Positions 40,494 through 53,700 of a DNA stretch of 64,000 nt are shown in pieces; position 1 is the first letter of the stretch, and every line of letters begins with the position of its first letter. Location: positions 42,510,788 through 42,574,787 of the forward strand of contig CM120640.1 in the NCBI GenBank assembly GCA_051362555.1, written 5' to 3'. The stretch is from Lingula anatina. Taxonomy: Eukaryota > Animalia > Brachiopoda. Both the position numbers and the translations under genes were made by a program. The notes beneath the pieces are model-generated. The model saw only the letters and a program-made list of their open reading frames with translations, ran no database searches and was not told where the DNA came from.

Positions 40494-40981
40494 GTAGGTA
40501 TTTTATTCTGTGTACTTTTTTAACTCTACGTGTATGTATTAATTATGTAAAATTTCAGTTTATCAAACAGGTACATGACCCTAGCTGTCCAGCCTCATGT
40601 CCTGGACTCAAGAAAAATATTACAGGGTGTACTGGTTGCATTTCTTACTCTTGAATTTGCAGCTGATAAAGATCACTTGATGCCCAAAAGCGCTGCCTGC
40701 AACTCCCTAATATAATGTTTTTCTTGAGTCCATGGAATGAAGTGAGATACCTCATCCTATTTCATTATAAACCTACTATTGCTTGGTTCACTTGAACCAT
40801 CAGCACCAAAGAATCTAGACAACAGCCACTCTCAAGGCAAGAAGCCTAAGTAGCTAGCTTTTGTTCATTTATCCATGTATCTTGGGCATTGCAGCAGAGG
40901 GTGCTGCCAAAGCACACGTCCTCAGAGAATCAGCTCTGAACCCTGTTATTTTGATAAAGTGGGCTTTAAACAAGGCATGAC

Positions 40982-42646
40982 TATGGGCGGCGGTTTATAC
41001 AAAAATTCAAAACACGATTAGTCGTCGTCGTTATCAGATTCGTCGAATTCAAAATACGATTAGTCGTCGTTGTTATCAGATTCGTCGAATTGAAAACACG
41101 GTTAGTCATCGTTATCAGATCAGTCGGCAAAATACGACTAGTAGTCGTCAAAACGCAACTAGTAGAAGCCAAAACTCGATTTGACGCTAGATGGCGCTCA
41201 TGTCAATGGTCTTGGCCACCCTTGTGCCGACTTCACAGTCAGTACCGCGAAAATCTGACACTGACAATTAAGTGCTTAATTTGTGATTGACAGATTGAGG
41301 AGAGTTGACAGATGTTGTACTTTTGTAAGCTAGTATGTGATAGATACAATACGAGTCGCAGAGCTGTACGTCAAATAAATACAGGGGTACGAGTGCAATG
41401 TCGAGTTTTGTACTGCAACTACACTGCCCTTGCGATATTTTACTCATACATGTTAGGGGCCCTTGTGGTCACTTAGTCCTGTGTTGGACGATGGAGGGCA
41501 AGGGTGAACACGCCTAACAGCTCCCCTGACCTAAGTCAGCCCTAGCCGCTTCGTGCAGCAGCAGCAGCACCAACACCACTCCCACCACCAGCAGCAGATT
41601 AGATACTGAGAAGCCCCCCCCCCCAAAAAAAAAAAAAAAAAAAAAAAAAAACACTACTCTTTCTCCCCCATCAGTGGCGGATTTAGAGTGGGGGTCTGAC
41701 CCCCCTCCCCCTCGGTTTCTGAAAAATATATCACGCCAATATTCCCCTCTTGAAATTAGAATTTTGACTAGCTAAATAAATCATAGTTCTTAACCGTACC
41801 AAAGGCACTGTTTGCTCTTTAAAACACCAAAAATTTTCGGGGGCCCTTGAGTAGGCCCCAAACTCCACACCAGTGGGCGACGATCGGCTTCACATCGTCC
41901 CGGACCCCCCAATTCAAATAATCCTGGATTTTTTAAATATTGTGACGAATTTTTAGATCTTTATATGTCCATCTGACATGAAATTCCACATAAATGATCA
42001 CACTAATACACCTTTTACACCGGGGTAGGCGAAGGTGTTAACACTTAGGTCGAGGGGAGCTGGGGGGGGGTCTGGGACGTCCAACACAGGACTAAGTGAC
42101 CACAAGGGCCCCTAACATGTATGAGTAAAATATCGCAAGGGCAGTGTAGTAGCCAGAGGCCGTGGTTTAAGCCAGATACAACACTCGCCTGCAGCTCGAC
42201 AATACACTCGTAATATATTTCACGTACAGCTCTGCGACTCATATTGTATCTATCACATACTAGCCTACTATAAAACAACATCTGTCAACTTTCCTCAATC
42301 TGTCAATCACAAATTAAGCACTTGTCAGATTTTTGCGGTATTGACTGTGAAGTCGGCACAAGGGTGGCCAAGACCATTGACATGAGCACCATCTAGCATC
42401 AAATCGAGTTTTGGCTTCTACTAGTTGCGTTTTGACGACTACTAGTCATATTTTGCCGACTGATCTGATAACGATGACGACTAATCGTGTTTTCAATTCG
42501 ACTAATCTGATAACGACAACGACTAATCGTGTTTTGAATTCGACGAATCTGATAACGACGACGACTAATCGTGTTCTGAATATGACGAATCTGATAACGA
42601 CGACAACTAATCGTGTTTTGAATTTTTGTATAAACCGCCGCCCATA
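40982..42646. mobile_element. Non-autonomous foldback DNA transposon with long TIRs and 6-bp TSD (IS3EU-like)
   Basis: Arms 40982-41536 and 42043-42646 are reverse complements; ends tatgggcggcggttt / aaaccgccgcccata; direct repeat catgac at 40976-40981 and 42647-42652; 42-bp subterminal tandem units; no transposase ORF. Confidence 0.9.
41672..41930. mobile_element. Small MITE-like insertion nested in the foldback spacer
   Basis: Starts cagtggcggatttagagtgggggtctgacccccc and ends ...cggaccccccaattcaaataatcctggat, resembling CAGTGGCGGAT-ended invertebrate MITEs; the right end appears truncated. Confidence 0.45.
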
Positions 42647-42914
42647 CATGACCACCCACCCCCACACACACCCAACTCTGTTATCTGCTGTAAAGAGTGT
42701 AATGCACATGACCACATAGCATAACAGTCATACAGAGGATGAGTACTAAAACAGTGAGCCCTGGGGAATATTTATTTATTTATTTATTTATTTATGTATT
42801 TATTTATTTATGTTAATTCAAAAAACATTTATCTCCATTTTTAGCAGAGATGACTTGTATCTGATCTTGTACATATTTTTCTACCTCAATAACCATGAGA
42901 ATTGATTATTTTAG

Positions 42915-43125
42915 ACCTACCCAAGAATATAGTGGAGTTAAGAGTGAAGAACTACAACATTGAGGAGTTCCTGGCTGGCCAGGCTTTGAGCAATCTTACC
43001 CGGATCATGGCAAAGCTGTGGCCTGAGGCTGGAACCCTGCAAGTGGTGAAGGTGTCTTCTCTTGTTGATGAGCTGGGAAGAGTACCAGTGCCAGATGGAC
43101 CCATGCAACCACTGCCCAAAGAGGG
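42915..43125 (+). CDS. SGCE: Alpha/epsilon-sarcoglycan homolog, coding exon 5
   Basis: LPKNIVELRVKNYNIEEFL...LWPE...LQVVKVSSLVDELGRVPVP...KEG matches the SGCA/E E...KN.NVEE.L...W....L.V.N..S.LD.GGRVPLP...KEG pattern; phase 1/2. Confidence 0.9.
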
Positions 43126-43906
43126 GTAACAGTGATTGTGTACAGAGTAGAACTGATAGCAGGTCTAATTTGGATATAAAAATGAATTTCCAGCCGATGT
43201 TAATGTGTTGAGAAATTTATATATTATGTTGCTTGGAGGTTATGGTTTATTGAAATTATGCTTTATTGTTTTAGAAAAATTTTGAAGAATATTGCATAGC
43301 TTAGATTAGAATTTCAAAGTTTCAAATTTCATGCATAGGCATGTGCTAAACACATCCACCGAAACTACCATCTTTTTATTTTTCACATCTTTATTTTCTC
43401 CTAAATTGCTTTTGAAATTGATACTATTTAACTTCAATCAGCATATCATAGATTTAGATTCAGGGTCCAAAGGTCTCTTAAACGATAATTGTTATTTGTA
43501 ATTTCATAGTACAGATTTGTGAATTTATGACTCAAACTGCAATTTCATGGTACATACATAAAAGTAGCTGTTGTCAGCATCATAATAAGAGCAAGCTGCC
43601 CAGCTTTCATCTAGGTTTTGTGCTGGGTTCTTTTTTCTCAACTCTGAACTATTTGCAATATGGGACTTCTATGCTCTCAACAATCTCCAGCACACAGGGA
43701 ATGTATCAGACAGGTTGGTAAGCAGATAAATTGTTCATGGTGTGCATTGCAGTGCTCACAATGACTTTTTTGTTTGTGCCATGAAATCATGGTTTGAGTC
43801 CCAATCACAAACCCTAGGCTCGAGATCTCTTGCAGCTATATCATTTGTAAGGCCAAATCTATTTACCAGTTATGACAATAGAGCTCAGTAAACATACCAT
43901 TTCCAG

Positions 43907-44075
43907 GGTTTTGGTTCAGATTGGAGGAGCTGGTGATTTCTCTGCACTCCTGGCCAGTGTTAGTCAGCAAGTGAACAACACAAACTGCATGAACCAGGAA
44001 CAGTTCATTGGAATCCGAGAAGACTTTGAGCCCGAGTTTAACCTTGACTGGTGTGCCTTTAAGATGTTTCCATTA
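43907..44075 (+). CDS. SGCE: Alpha/epsilon-sarcoglycan homolog, coding exon 6
   Basis: VLVQIGGAGDFS...NC...F.PEFNLDWCAFKM carries the conserved F..DWC motif; donor gtaagt at 44076 (phase 0). Confidence 0.9.
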
Positions 44076-47000
44076 GTAAGTTACAGTTGTCTGAAACTCT
44101 ATAACATTTGCTTCAAGAAAAATTAACAACTTTATGTTTGACTGCTGTTTTTGAACATGCAAGTTGATTGGAAAAATTGTTGAAACAAATGTTAAAGTGA
44201 TTTTTCCTAATTTTACTTGAAGTTTTGCACTTGGTTTGAAGCAAGTTGTAAATGTTACTTGACTACATACCTTAATAGTCTGCCATGGACTGGAAGTAAT
44301 ATTATTTCATTTAATTTTCCACTTTTCTGGGTGTTCGTTTGAGAAATAGAGGTCTCTTACTATTGTGTTAGGTTGTTGTGTTAGGTGAGACTGATTGTGA
44401 AGACTTCTTGATTGCACCAAGACCATGGTTGTTGCTATGACTCGTAAAGATGATTGTCTGACAAACCCCTTTGGACACCATACCAGTTGTTTTGCACTGT
44501 AATGTCAATTCATATTCCATTCATTACATTTTTTTCTTTTTTTTTTTTTTACTTTGGTCCCAACAGGCTCAGTTATCTGCGAATTTAATGCAGTATTCTT
44601 GATAACTAGTAAGACATTGGAATATTTTTGACATGCTATAGATTTATTCTTGTAAGTAGTGATGTATGTCACTGGAATGCTAACTAATGACCATGGTTGT
44701 TTTGAATTTTCTTTTCAGAGTACTGATTCGAACATAGGGTTTATCTAAATCTGTTGCAGCAAGATTTGATGTTTATCCATTTTTAATGAGTGTCAGAATT
44801 ATTTTCACCTATCATAACCCAACTTTCAAATCCATTACTTGCTTGAAAATGGTAGGTTGTGCTGTAACAGCAGTACTGATGAAGCTTTACGTACATCACA
44901 TATAACACAGCTAGATCAAAGCTATGCACCTGTTACACAATATATTGGATGGGGTATCTTAAATGCCACTAGGTTAATCATACGTTAGAATTTTGTTTGG
45001 TTTCAGAGGGAAGGGACATTCTCCTTTTATCTTAGTATGTGGTAGATAGCAGTGAATCTTATACAGATATATCTTTCTCTGATGCATGAAATGGATTGTT
45101 GCCTTTAGTAAAAGTCATCACAGGAATTGCCAACAGAACTCTTTAATCATGTTTCGATATTTGCAATATCCTTCGGAAGAAATATTGCATTTTCTTTTAG
45201 CAATTTATCCCATTTCTTTTTCCTATGGGTTTTATGTGTGATTTTCATCACCCTCTAAATGTTACTGTTAGTAGAATTTGTTCATTTCTCAAATACATTA
45301 TTGAAAATGTTCTGAACATTTCATAAATGTTCCTGTAGGGTTGGGTCCTCTGCATCCAACTGATGATTAAAGTGAATCACCTGCCGGCTCAGCACGTTAG
45401 TGTGCATTTTCCACATAGGAAGACATGTTTTATTGATTGTGGTGATTTTTCCCACTGGATGAACTTTGTTAGCGTTGCACTCAAGGTGCTTCACCATCTT
45501 TAAATTGTGTTTCTCTAGGTTATTGGAAAAGAAAGGCAATGAAAGAAGTTTGGTCTTTTAGATCAACAGTGGTAAGGACTGCTATTACAAAGGATTTTTA
45601 AGAACTGGAGGGAGTTTCATAACCTCAGATGGTCAGCATGATTACCAGTGTATTTTAATAATGAAGTTGTTTATTAAATGTTCTCTGGAATAATACACTG
45701 TATATTCAGATACAAGTATTTTGCATTGCAATCCAATTAATTACTTGATATCATAAAAAAAATCTTAAAAGTAATCAAAGAATTGTGATTACTAGCTCCA
45801 GAGTCAATAAAATTGCTCTGTGATTGTTACAATATCAATCTTAGACCAAGAATTTTCATCAAATTTCCTCATGTCACATTTGATTTTTCATGAGACTTAC
45901 ATGTTTTCTATCACTTAAATGTTTTTGATATTTTTTATTGTTTGTTATAATTAGTGGTCTTAAAACCAGGCAATCAGATGTTTTTAGGAAGGTGTTTTGC
46001 CTTCCATAGAGTTATATACTCAACTAGCAAAGTCATTGACCACTGTTGGTTATTATAATGCCTTGAGAGATACTTTAATTAAATTTGCAGAGCCAATAAG
46101 ACAATTTGAAGTTTGCCTTGTAATTTTAACAAAATTATCAATATAAATCTCCTCACCCTCAACTCACCAGGAAAAAAGAGAAGGAAAAAGAGCAGGACTA
46201 CTTTTTATTTGGGGATATGTTAACAAATTTGTTTGGTGTGCTGCATGCAATAGTGCAATTATAGCAAGATTGATATCGAACAGATTCATTACAGATAAAC
46301 ATTGTTTTTCTCATTGGAAATTTTCTTTTTAAGTGGCAAAGAAAGAAAAGGGTATAAACTACAGATGATATAGACATTTTTGTGATGCTCATGGACCTCA
46401 AGGTTTCAATATTTGTCAATTTGAACATGTTATGAAGTTCAGTTTGGCATCCTGTCATGGATGATTATTGAGTTTTTATCCTGTTGACCATTTTCTTGAA
46501 GATAAAGACTATTCAGCATGGTCTTCTTGTCATCTACAACTATGCTGCTTTAATTTTAACTTTCAAATCTGTGAGTGCCATGAGGTAATTTTCTTGTCAA
46601 CTCTATTTGATCACTGTAATACCTTTCCTTACGGAAATAGTATTATAAAATCACAATACTTTGATGTACAAATAAAGAGGCAGTGATTACATAGCCATGA
46701 CAAAGGTCCATGGGTTTGTTACATCAGATCTCTTAGCTCGCTCTTTGTTTAAAGATGAATGGTCACAATATCAGTATGGATTCTTTCTAGCCCACGGATG
46801 TTTGCTAACTCTTGAGTGGAAATTAAAATATTTAAAACTATGTTATTTTTTATCACATTTTTCTTTTTTTGTGGAAATTTTCTATGTTAAAGAGGAGCTG
46901 GCTTGATTATACAGAGCTTTAGTGTCTATGCTTTTTTTGTAGTTCATAGGATTCATTTAAGAGCAAATCAAGACTGTCTGCAAAGCTTTTTATTGGAGCA

Positions 47001-50000
47001 TTTGAAGCAGAATTGAAATGGAGAAATAAAGTAATGGGGCACTCATGTAAAAGTCCTTCCATCTGCATCCCATTTCAGTCAGCAAAATGTATTTTTGTTC
47101 TGGCAAGTGAAACAATGGTATATTTACTCTTATTGAATCTACCAAATTGATATTATGAGTGAAATTAGGTGAGAGCTGACTGCCAGTTGGCAGCAAGGTC
47201 AAGGATTAGCCCTATTCAACATTAATATTATGCCATTGCTAGTGTTCCATTATCAATCTAACAATGATGTTTTACACAACAAGATCATATGAAATTACCT
47301 AAACTGCTGTGTGCAATTTATACATCTGAATATTGTAAATTATGACAGCATTTTAACTGAAAACACATCCATTAAGTCAATTTTTCTTTTTATCAGGCTC
47401 CATTTTCTTGCCTTGCATATATTATAAGTCAAGTACCTATTATTTATAAATGCATTTGGCCATGTAACAAAATATTTGACATCTTAGTCACCTGAATTTT
47501 GGCTCATGCTTCTTTCAATATACTTGTAAAATATTTTTGGTGGTAATTTATTTCCTGTTGATATGTTGATTTGTTTATGACATTGCATTTAAAAGAAAGT
47601 GAATCTGACACATTTTTGCCTGGATTTGTAAATGTTATTTTTTCTCTCACTACAACGGGAAAGTTTGTGATAATTTTTCTTTTATAATAAGCCTGAAGGA
47701 TTTCAATCATTTCATGAAACTTGCTAATAGCAGAATAGGAGACAGTATTTAAAACTTGCACTTAGCTTGCAAAAACTTAGATTAAATAGGTATAAGGTAC
47801 ATATGTTTTCTTGGACGTCAAATTGTTATTTTAATCATTGATTATTCCACTATGTGTCATTGCTTTTAAATTACCTACCCTCATTTCATGTTGCATATAT
47901 ACTGCTCAAGTCATCTACACTCCTTGACATTTGTCAGATGCACTTTTAACCAGATTTCACAACAGTAATCAGCTTACCATGAAACTCTGGAACAACTTCA
48001 TGACACCATATTTGGGAACCAGTTCATCCCATATTAGAATGAGAAAAAAAAGGCAGCACAGTTTTGTTAGATTTTGACCAGGTTTAGTTATATGTCACGT
48101 GTTAATCAGTGAAGATGTTGAATGATAAATCCACTGGTATTTTCAGTATTGTCTCCTGGATTACATAGCAAATATTTGTCTTTGTAATATGCAGTTTGGC
48201 AATCCAACTGGAATCCATGACCGACATTGGAATGATCTTGTCAGCATGTTTTTATTGTTGATATTTTGGCTCTACTCTTGTATGTTTGGCATGTATTGTA
48301 ACATGTGTCCAATAAGAAATTGGCATGTTGTTGGATTGTGTATGAGAGTATAGTGAATATGGCCAAGATAAAGTAAATAATCTTATAATGAAACTGTTAG
48401 TAATGTTAGTCAGAATATTGAACCCTTTTTTCATCCAAGAGGTAAACTAATGAGAAAGTGTGTGCATCTTGAACATTATTATGATAATAACAATAACAAT
48501 TATTTCAGGTCTAAACCCCATCCACGGTGTTCAGAAATATTAAAAGTACTTTTCAATAGCAGTGGTACTGTAATTAAACATCATTCAGTATTTCTCTTAC
48601 CATTGGAAAGTAAACTTCTTTTCCCTTTTTTTTTCACGCACAGTATTTCATCTCAGGATATTGCCCTTTGGTGGAAAATAAAATTATTGCCATCCAAGTC
48701 TGAAATAGTAATCATATTAGTGGTAATCAAACTTAATAATCAAATGCGTAATCATGATTGTAGTACTTTGTAGTCTGAATGCTGCCATGAAAATGTCATT
48801 TTATAAAACATTAAAAAAAATAGATTGGATAGTGAAGCAGAGAGGTAGTTGAGTCCCCTGAAGCCAACAGTTGGTGCCATAAGTGATGCTGTTTGCAATA
48901 AAAAGTATTTGAAGTATAAAAACCAATTCCAATCACTCAGAGCAAAGTCAATCAATATCCTTTGGGTAGGGACCAACAGGGAAATGCCTTGGGGATAAAA
49001 CAATTAACACAAATTATCCAAAACTGGAGTAAATATGAGGGATAACATTCTGTAAACTTTTTGTAGAGATGCAGCAGAACTTGGGGAATTTAGAATATAT
49101 CCACGTATGCATTCCACCAAGTGTATGATGTGTCTGCAGCTGAGTCATAAGAGTAAAACAAATCTAGGCATGGAGTGGCTTGTGGATATTTTGTTTAAAT
49201 ACCATAAATGCATCTCTAGATTGGTATTATTCTACAAGCCAAATCCATTTGCTTATGATGGGTGAGGTGGTAAATCTCGAGAGCTGACCATGCGCCAAAG
49301 ACACGGTGTGTAGAGATGTAGTTCCAGCTTTGGCAAAATATTGATAAGAATGTCAAAACCACACCCAGGCATTTGCTGTAGACCACACAGCCTTGCTTAG
49401 GTGGCAAGAAAATCAGGCATGGGATATTTGAGAACATAAAATGTTTTTTGGTACAAAATATATTAAATTTCTGGCTACTTTGTGGAATGTTGTTAATGTT
49501 CATACTGTTATTTAGACATTACTTGGGTGGAACATGGACTGAACATGTTTCATGTTTGGGCAACCCCATACCCATCATGTGATGTGAAATATAATTAGTT
49601 TGGCATTTAATTTCTTGAGCTGGTGTTATAACATAGTAAATATTTTAATACAACTCACTGCATTGCTTTCCTATAATTTGTGTATTTGCAGTTAAGCCAA
49701 CTTTGAAACAATGAGCAAGGCAATTTAAATGGATACACCTGAAACATGAAAAACAAACAAACAAGATTCTCACCTTCAAACATATCATTTAGAGTGGACA
49801 GATAGAGTGACCATTGCACTGTGCTTAAAACCTTTTAAAACTCCTTGAGGTGAAGGTTTATGTGTTAACTTTATTTTGACTTTTGACCAACTTTAAAATT
49901 TTCTGAGTACCAATTTCATGGTGTTGACAAAATAACAACATCCACAGTTCTAACACTGAAATGAAATTTCCATTTGTTTAATTAAGGTGGTTTTATTAAA

Positions 50001-50198
50001 ACACTGTCAAAATTCTTGAAATCATACTACTCACAACATTTATGCAAGATAAGGAAAATATTTGTCTGTGTACGATTCTTTGCATCTAGACAGACATTGA
50101 TTGTTGGATCCCTCTCAAAGTTCACCCGTGTGAATCTTGGCCCAAGCCCCTCTGTCCAAACCTTGTTCAGAAAGATCTGTCTCTTTTTATTGAGTTAT

Positions 50199-50563
50199 TA
50201 TGTACAGACACAGATGTGTCTGTATATATAGCCATCACCTGTGTCTGTCGTCATTGCCCTTGCTGTACACTTTCAGTGTTATACAAATAAAATGGAAAAC
50301 ATTTCACTTTTTGTCTTCAAACTTACAGAACTGAGGAATATTCATAAAACACAGTTCAAGTATGAAACTTGGCCTGATTGGTCCATTTTTCAAGTTTTGT
50401 TGTTTTTTTTCTTTTTTTAGCATATTTTATCCACCATTATACAAATAAAATGAAAACTGTTGTACCTTTTATCTTCAGACCTACAGAACTGATGCATATT
50501 CATTAAATACAGGTTAAGTTCGAAAAATCAGCTTGATCGGACAATTTTTCCAAAATACATGCT

Positions 50564-50597
<34 letters not shown>

Positions 50598-50736
50598 CTC
50601 TTTTTTCAGCATTATACAAACAAAATAAAAACCCTTAGAAGAATGGTTGACATACAGCTCATATTGGCAAAACAGCATGACTGGATTTTTTTCTTTCTTG
50701 TTGTCTGTACATTTGACACCTTTGCTGCCTTTTTTT
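50199..50736 (+). mobile_element. Helentron/HINE-like element, copy 2 (both ends present)
   Basis: Same 5' hairpin as 1057 with one mismatch; diverged ~155-175 bp units; 3' subterminal gtctgtacat (50703) complementary to the 5' end; then a decayed stem-loop and a T-run. Confidence 0.7.
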
Positions 50737-53700
50737 GTCATGGTTGATGGCCCAGCAAAAAGTTCAGAATCTGGTTTCAAATGTTCTTTATATATTACTC
50801 AAAATGAATTTCATTAGATTTAGTCTCAATCCAGTCTGATTTTAAAATGTTTTTAAAAATGAGTAATTCTCCTACCAGATGGACAGACAGACAAGTTGAC
50901 AGAAGTGTGAGCACTGTCTTCATTACTTGGTTATAAATATTATTTAAAAAGACAACAAATGGGAAAAAAGGGGAAAATGTAGGTAGCAAACCACTAGACT
51001 TCTTGGAAAGTGTACAGTTAGCCTCAACAAACATCATGCAATACTAGTCAGATTTATTGGGAGACCTGAAAGTCACAATAGATAATGTTAATATTTGGGG
51101 ACTTTTGAGTACTATTTTTATTAAGGAGATGCAACTGGTATTGCTTGGTTCATTTTAACGAATTTAGAAGTCTTTCTTCATTTGGGAGATGTTCAAATAG
51201 GTTGAGAAAGAGGGAAGGGAAGTCTGTTTATCCTCCTGAGGTCATGGTACCTTGTCAGCTAGTATACAAACTTCTATTACTTACAAAAAGGTGAAAAGAA
51301 AAAGGCCAAGAACATGCCATGAATTTGACTTGCCTCTTTTCACCTTGGAATATTTAAAGTTCCCATTTCCTACTGATTTGAAGTTGCTCAGTAAGATAAG
51401 GAGGTGTGAAGAGTATAGAAAGCAACACTGTGAAATTACTCTCCGCTTTGATGCTGACAAAATAATGTAACTTTAATTTAGAGAAATTTTAATTTGCATA
51501 CCACAAGTTTGAGAGTGACAGTGAAGTTGAAATGTTGGGAGGGAAGGTGGCCGGAAATCATTAATGATTGGCCTGCTACTGCATCAGATTCTCAAAAAAT
51601 ATATAAGAATTATTAGTTTTTTTGTTTTGTAAATAAGACTAAAATGCTTTGAAAAATTGCCTAAATTTGGATATATTCACAGAAAATCACAAGGCTAATT
51701 ACAAACACACTTATGACAATTTAGTTTAGAAATCTGCTCTCATTTATGGGGATTTTAATTTCTTTATAAGGAGGCATTTTGAAATATTTATACAACATTT
51801 TATTTATAGAAAACAAAAAGGTAACCAAAGTTTAAACCAATTTCTTGCTGTTTGTATGGTTTTAACTGCTGTGTTGATAGAATTGGGTTTATTTTTAGTT
51901 CAGAGTTTCTCCCCAAATAGCATCACAGAGATGTAAACAAACAAGGTGTCCTCAGCTAGGGGCGTAATAAATTTATCACACATATAGTCATCCTGTACCC
52001 AGTAAACCCTGATCAGAAGAAGCAGACGAAACATAATTTGACATTTATGTCATTTTGATTGGCATTAGAGAGTACATGTTGTTTTGGGTGTCTCATTTCC
52101 TGATTCCTAGCCACGTCCTTAAAGTTTGGTGGCTGATACAGCTGTCATTTATTCCTCAGTGGGAAATACATAGTATCGAGGAGCAACAGGGAGTAAACCT
52201 GTTTTAATATTCCCAAGAAACACACAAACGGTTGGAATTTTGAATTGCGTATTGAGGTGAAATAAGTTAAATCTGCCACTTATTGGACCCATTGGTTGCA
52301 GACACTTTAGTGCAGAGAGGTTAATGGGGAAATATGAGGAAATCTAATAATAGATAGAAAAGAGAAACAAACAGCACATTTTGTTATTGTTTTCAAATGC
52401 CAACACCACGATACCAGTTAAGAAGTGCGTCTTCATGTTTCAATATGTGGACAGTTAAATCTAATTTATCATTTTTCTTTGTGGAGAGTTCTTTTATCTC
52501 AAATATACTGAAAAAAACATTTAGTATTTGCTCAGTGTTTTTATAAAAGTATTCAAAAACCTGTCTTTGCAGAAGAACGGACATTTTGTTATGGGCCTGA
52601 GTGCCACTGCATTGTAAACTGCCCTATTCCATGTAGAGTTTATTGCTGTGAACATTGGGATATCAACTAGCTCCATCTGTCCATGTCATTGGCTCTGACC
52701 ACCACCCTCTCCTGATGTTTTTATTAGTGCAATAACTGACGAGCCATGAAATCATTTTAGATTAAATGCATGGAAGCTTTGCACACAAACAAGTTATCAG
52801 TCAAGTTCTTCAACAGGGCTTTATTAGATTCTTCTGACATTTAATGTCATAACTGTTGTATTCTTTTTAATTAAAAAAAAGTTCACTTCAGTTTTAGCAC
52901 TTATTAGAAAAAAGGGGATTGCTGCCAGTAACACTTGCTTTTTCGAAATAATACCGTTGATATCAAGGATTTATCCATTACTCCTGTATGTGTCTTTTTT
53001 TTTTTTCTTTGTAAAATTCACTGTTTTATGATAAGTCACTTGGGTAAATAATCAAGTAAAGGTGATAAAAAAGGCAGACAGAGAAATCCAAGAAGTACCA
53101 TTTTGTCCTGACATTGTTGATCAAAGTACTTATTATAATAGAAATTCTAGACACAGATATTGACTTATGGGAACATAGAAATTATATTTTATTGTCAACA
53201 GTATGAGATCAGACCCATCAAGTGGGCAAAACTACTCAACAAAATTAAAAACCTCAATTATTTTGTATGCTGAGTTATTGTAATGCCCTGTCAATGAATT
53301 ACAACACATTATGTTCTCAGGGTTTTTTTTATGTGTAGTATCTTTACTAACAGCCAAGCATTCAAATGCCCAGGATGTTAGAGTGGGAGTAAGGGTCTGT
53401 TACAGAAAAGACTCTTGTGCATGGAAATTTGTATTAACTTTTAAAAGTTTGGTTTACTTTGACATTTGTTGAGCAATTTTATGAAATATTGTGCCTGTTT
53501 TATAACCACAAAGAAGTGGCTAATACATGGTATGATAGAAATTGATTATTATTTAGTGATTTTGAACTTAAAATATTTTATTTGATCTATGTTGAAAGTG
53601 TTATTAGGCTACTGATATCTGTGAATGAACATGATGTTTTCCTTTGTACTTGTTGACATTGTGTCTAGTGTTTTAAAAAATAGGTTTGAAAATTATGTTT

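Noticed and set aside
41009-41120. CRISPR-like regularly spaced repeats (also 31508-31600)
   Set aside because: The units are head-to-tail with no unique spacers, there are no cas genes, and the context is eukaryotic.
40981-42719. ORFs with 14-aa periodic repeats (TTTTNRVLNSTNLI; RRYQIRRIQNTIS) on both strands
   Set aside because: They are translations of the 42-bp subterminal repeats of the foldback element, open in several frames and on both strands, so not proteins.
52725-52772. Possible minimal hammerhead ribozyme (ctgacga-gccat-gaaa-tc...ga)
   Set aside because: Stem II is essentially absent and stem I does not pair in register with an NUH cleavage site; probably chance.
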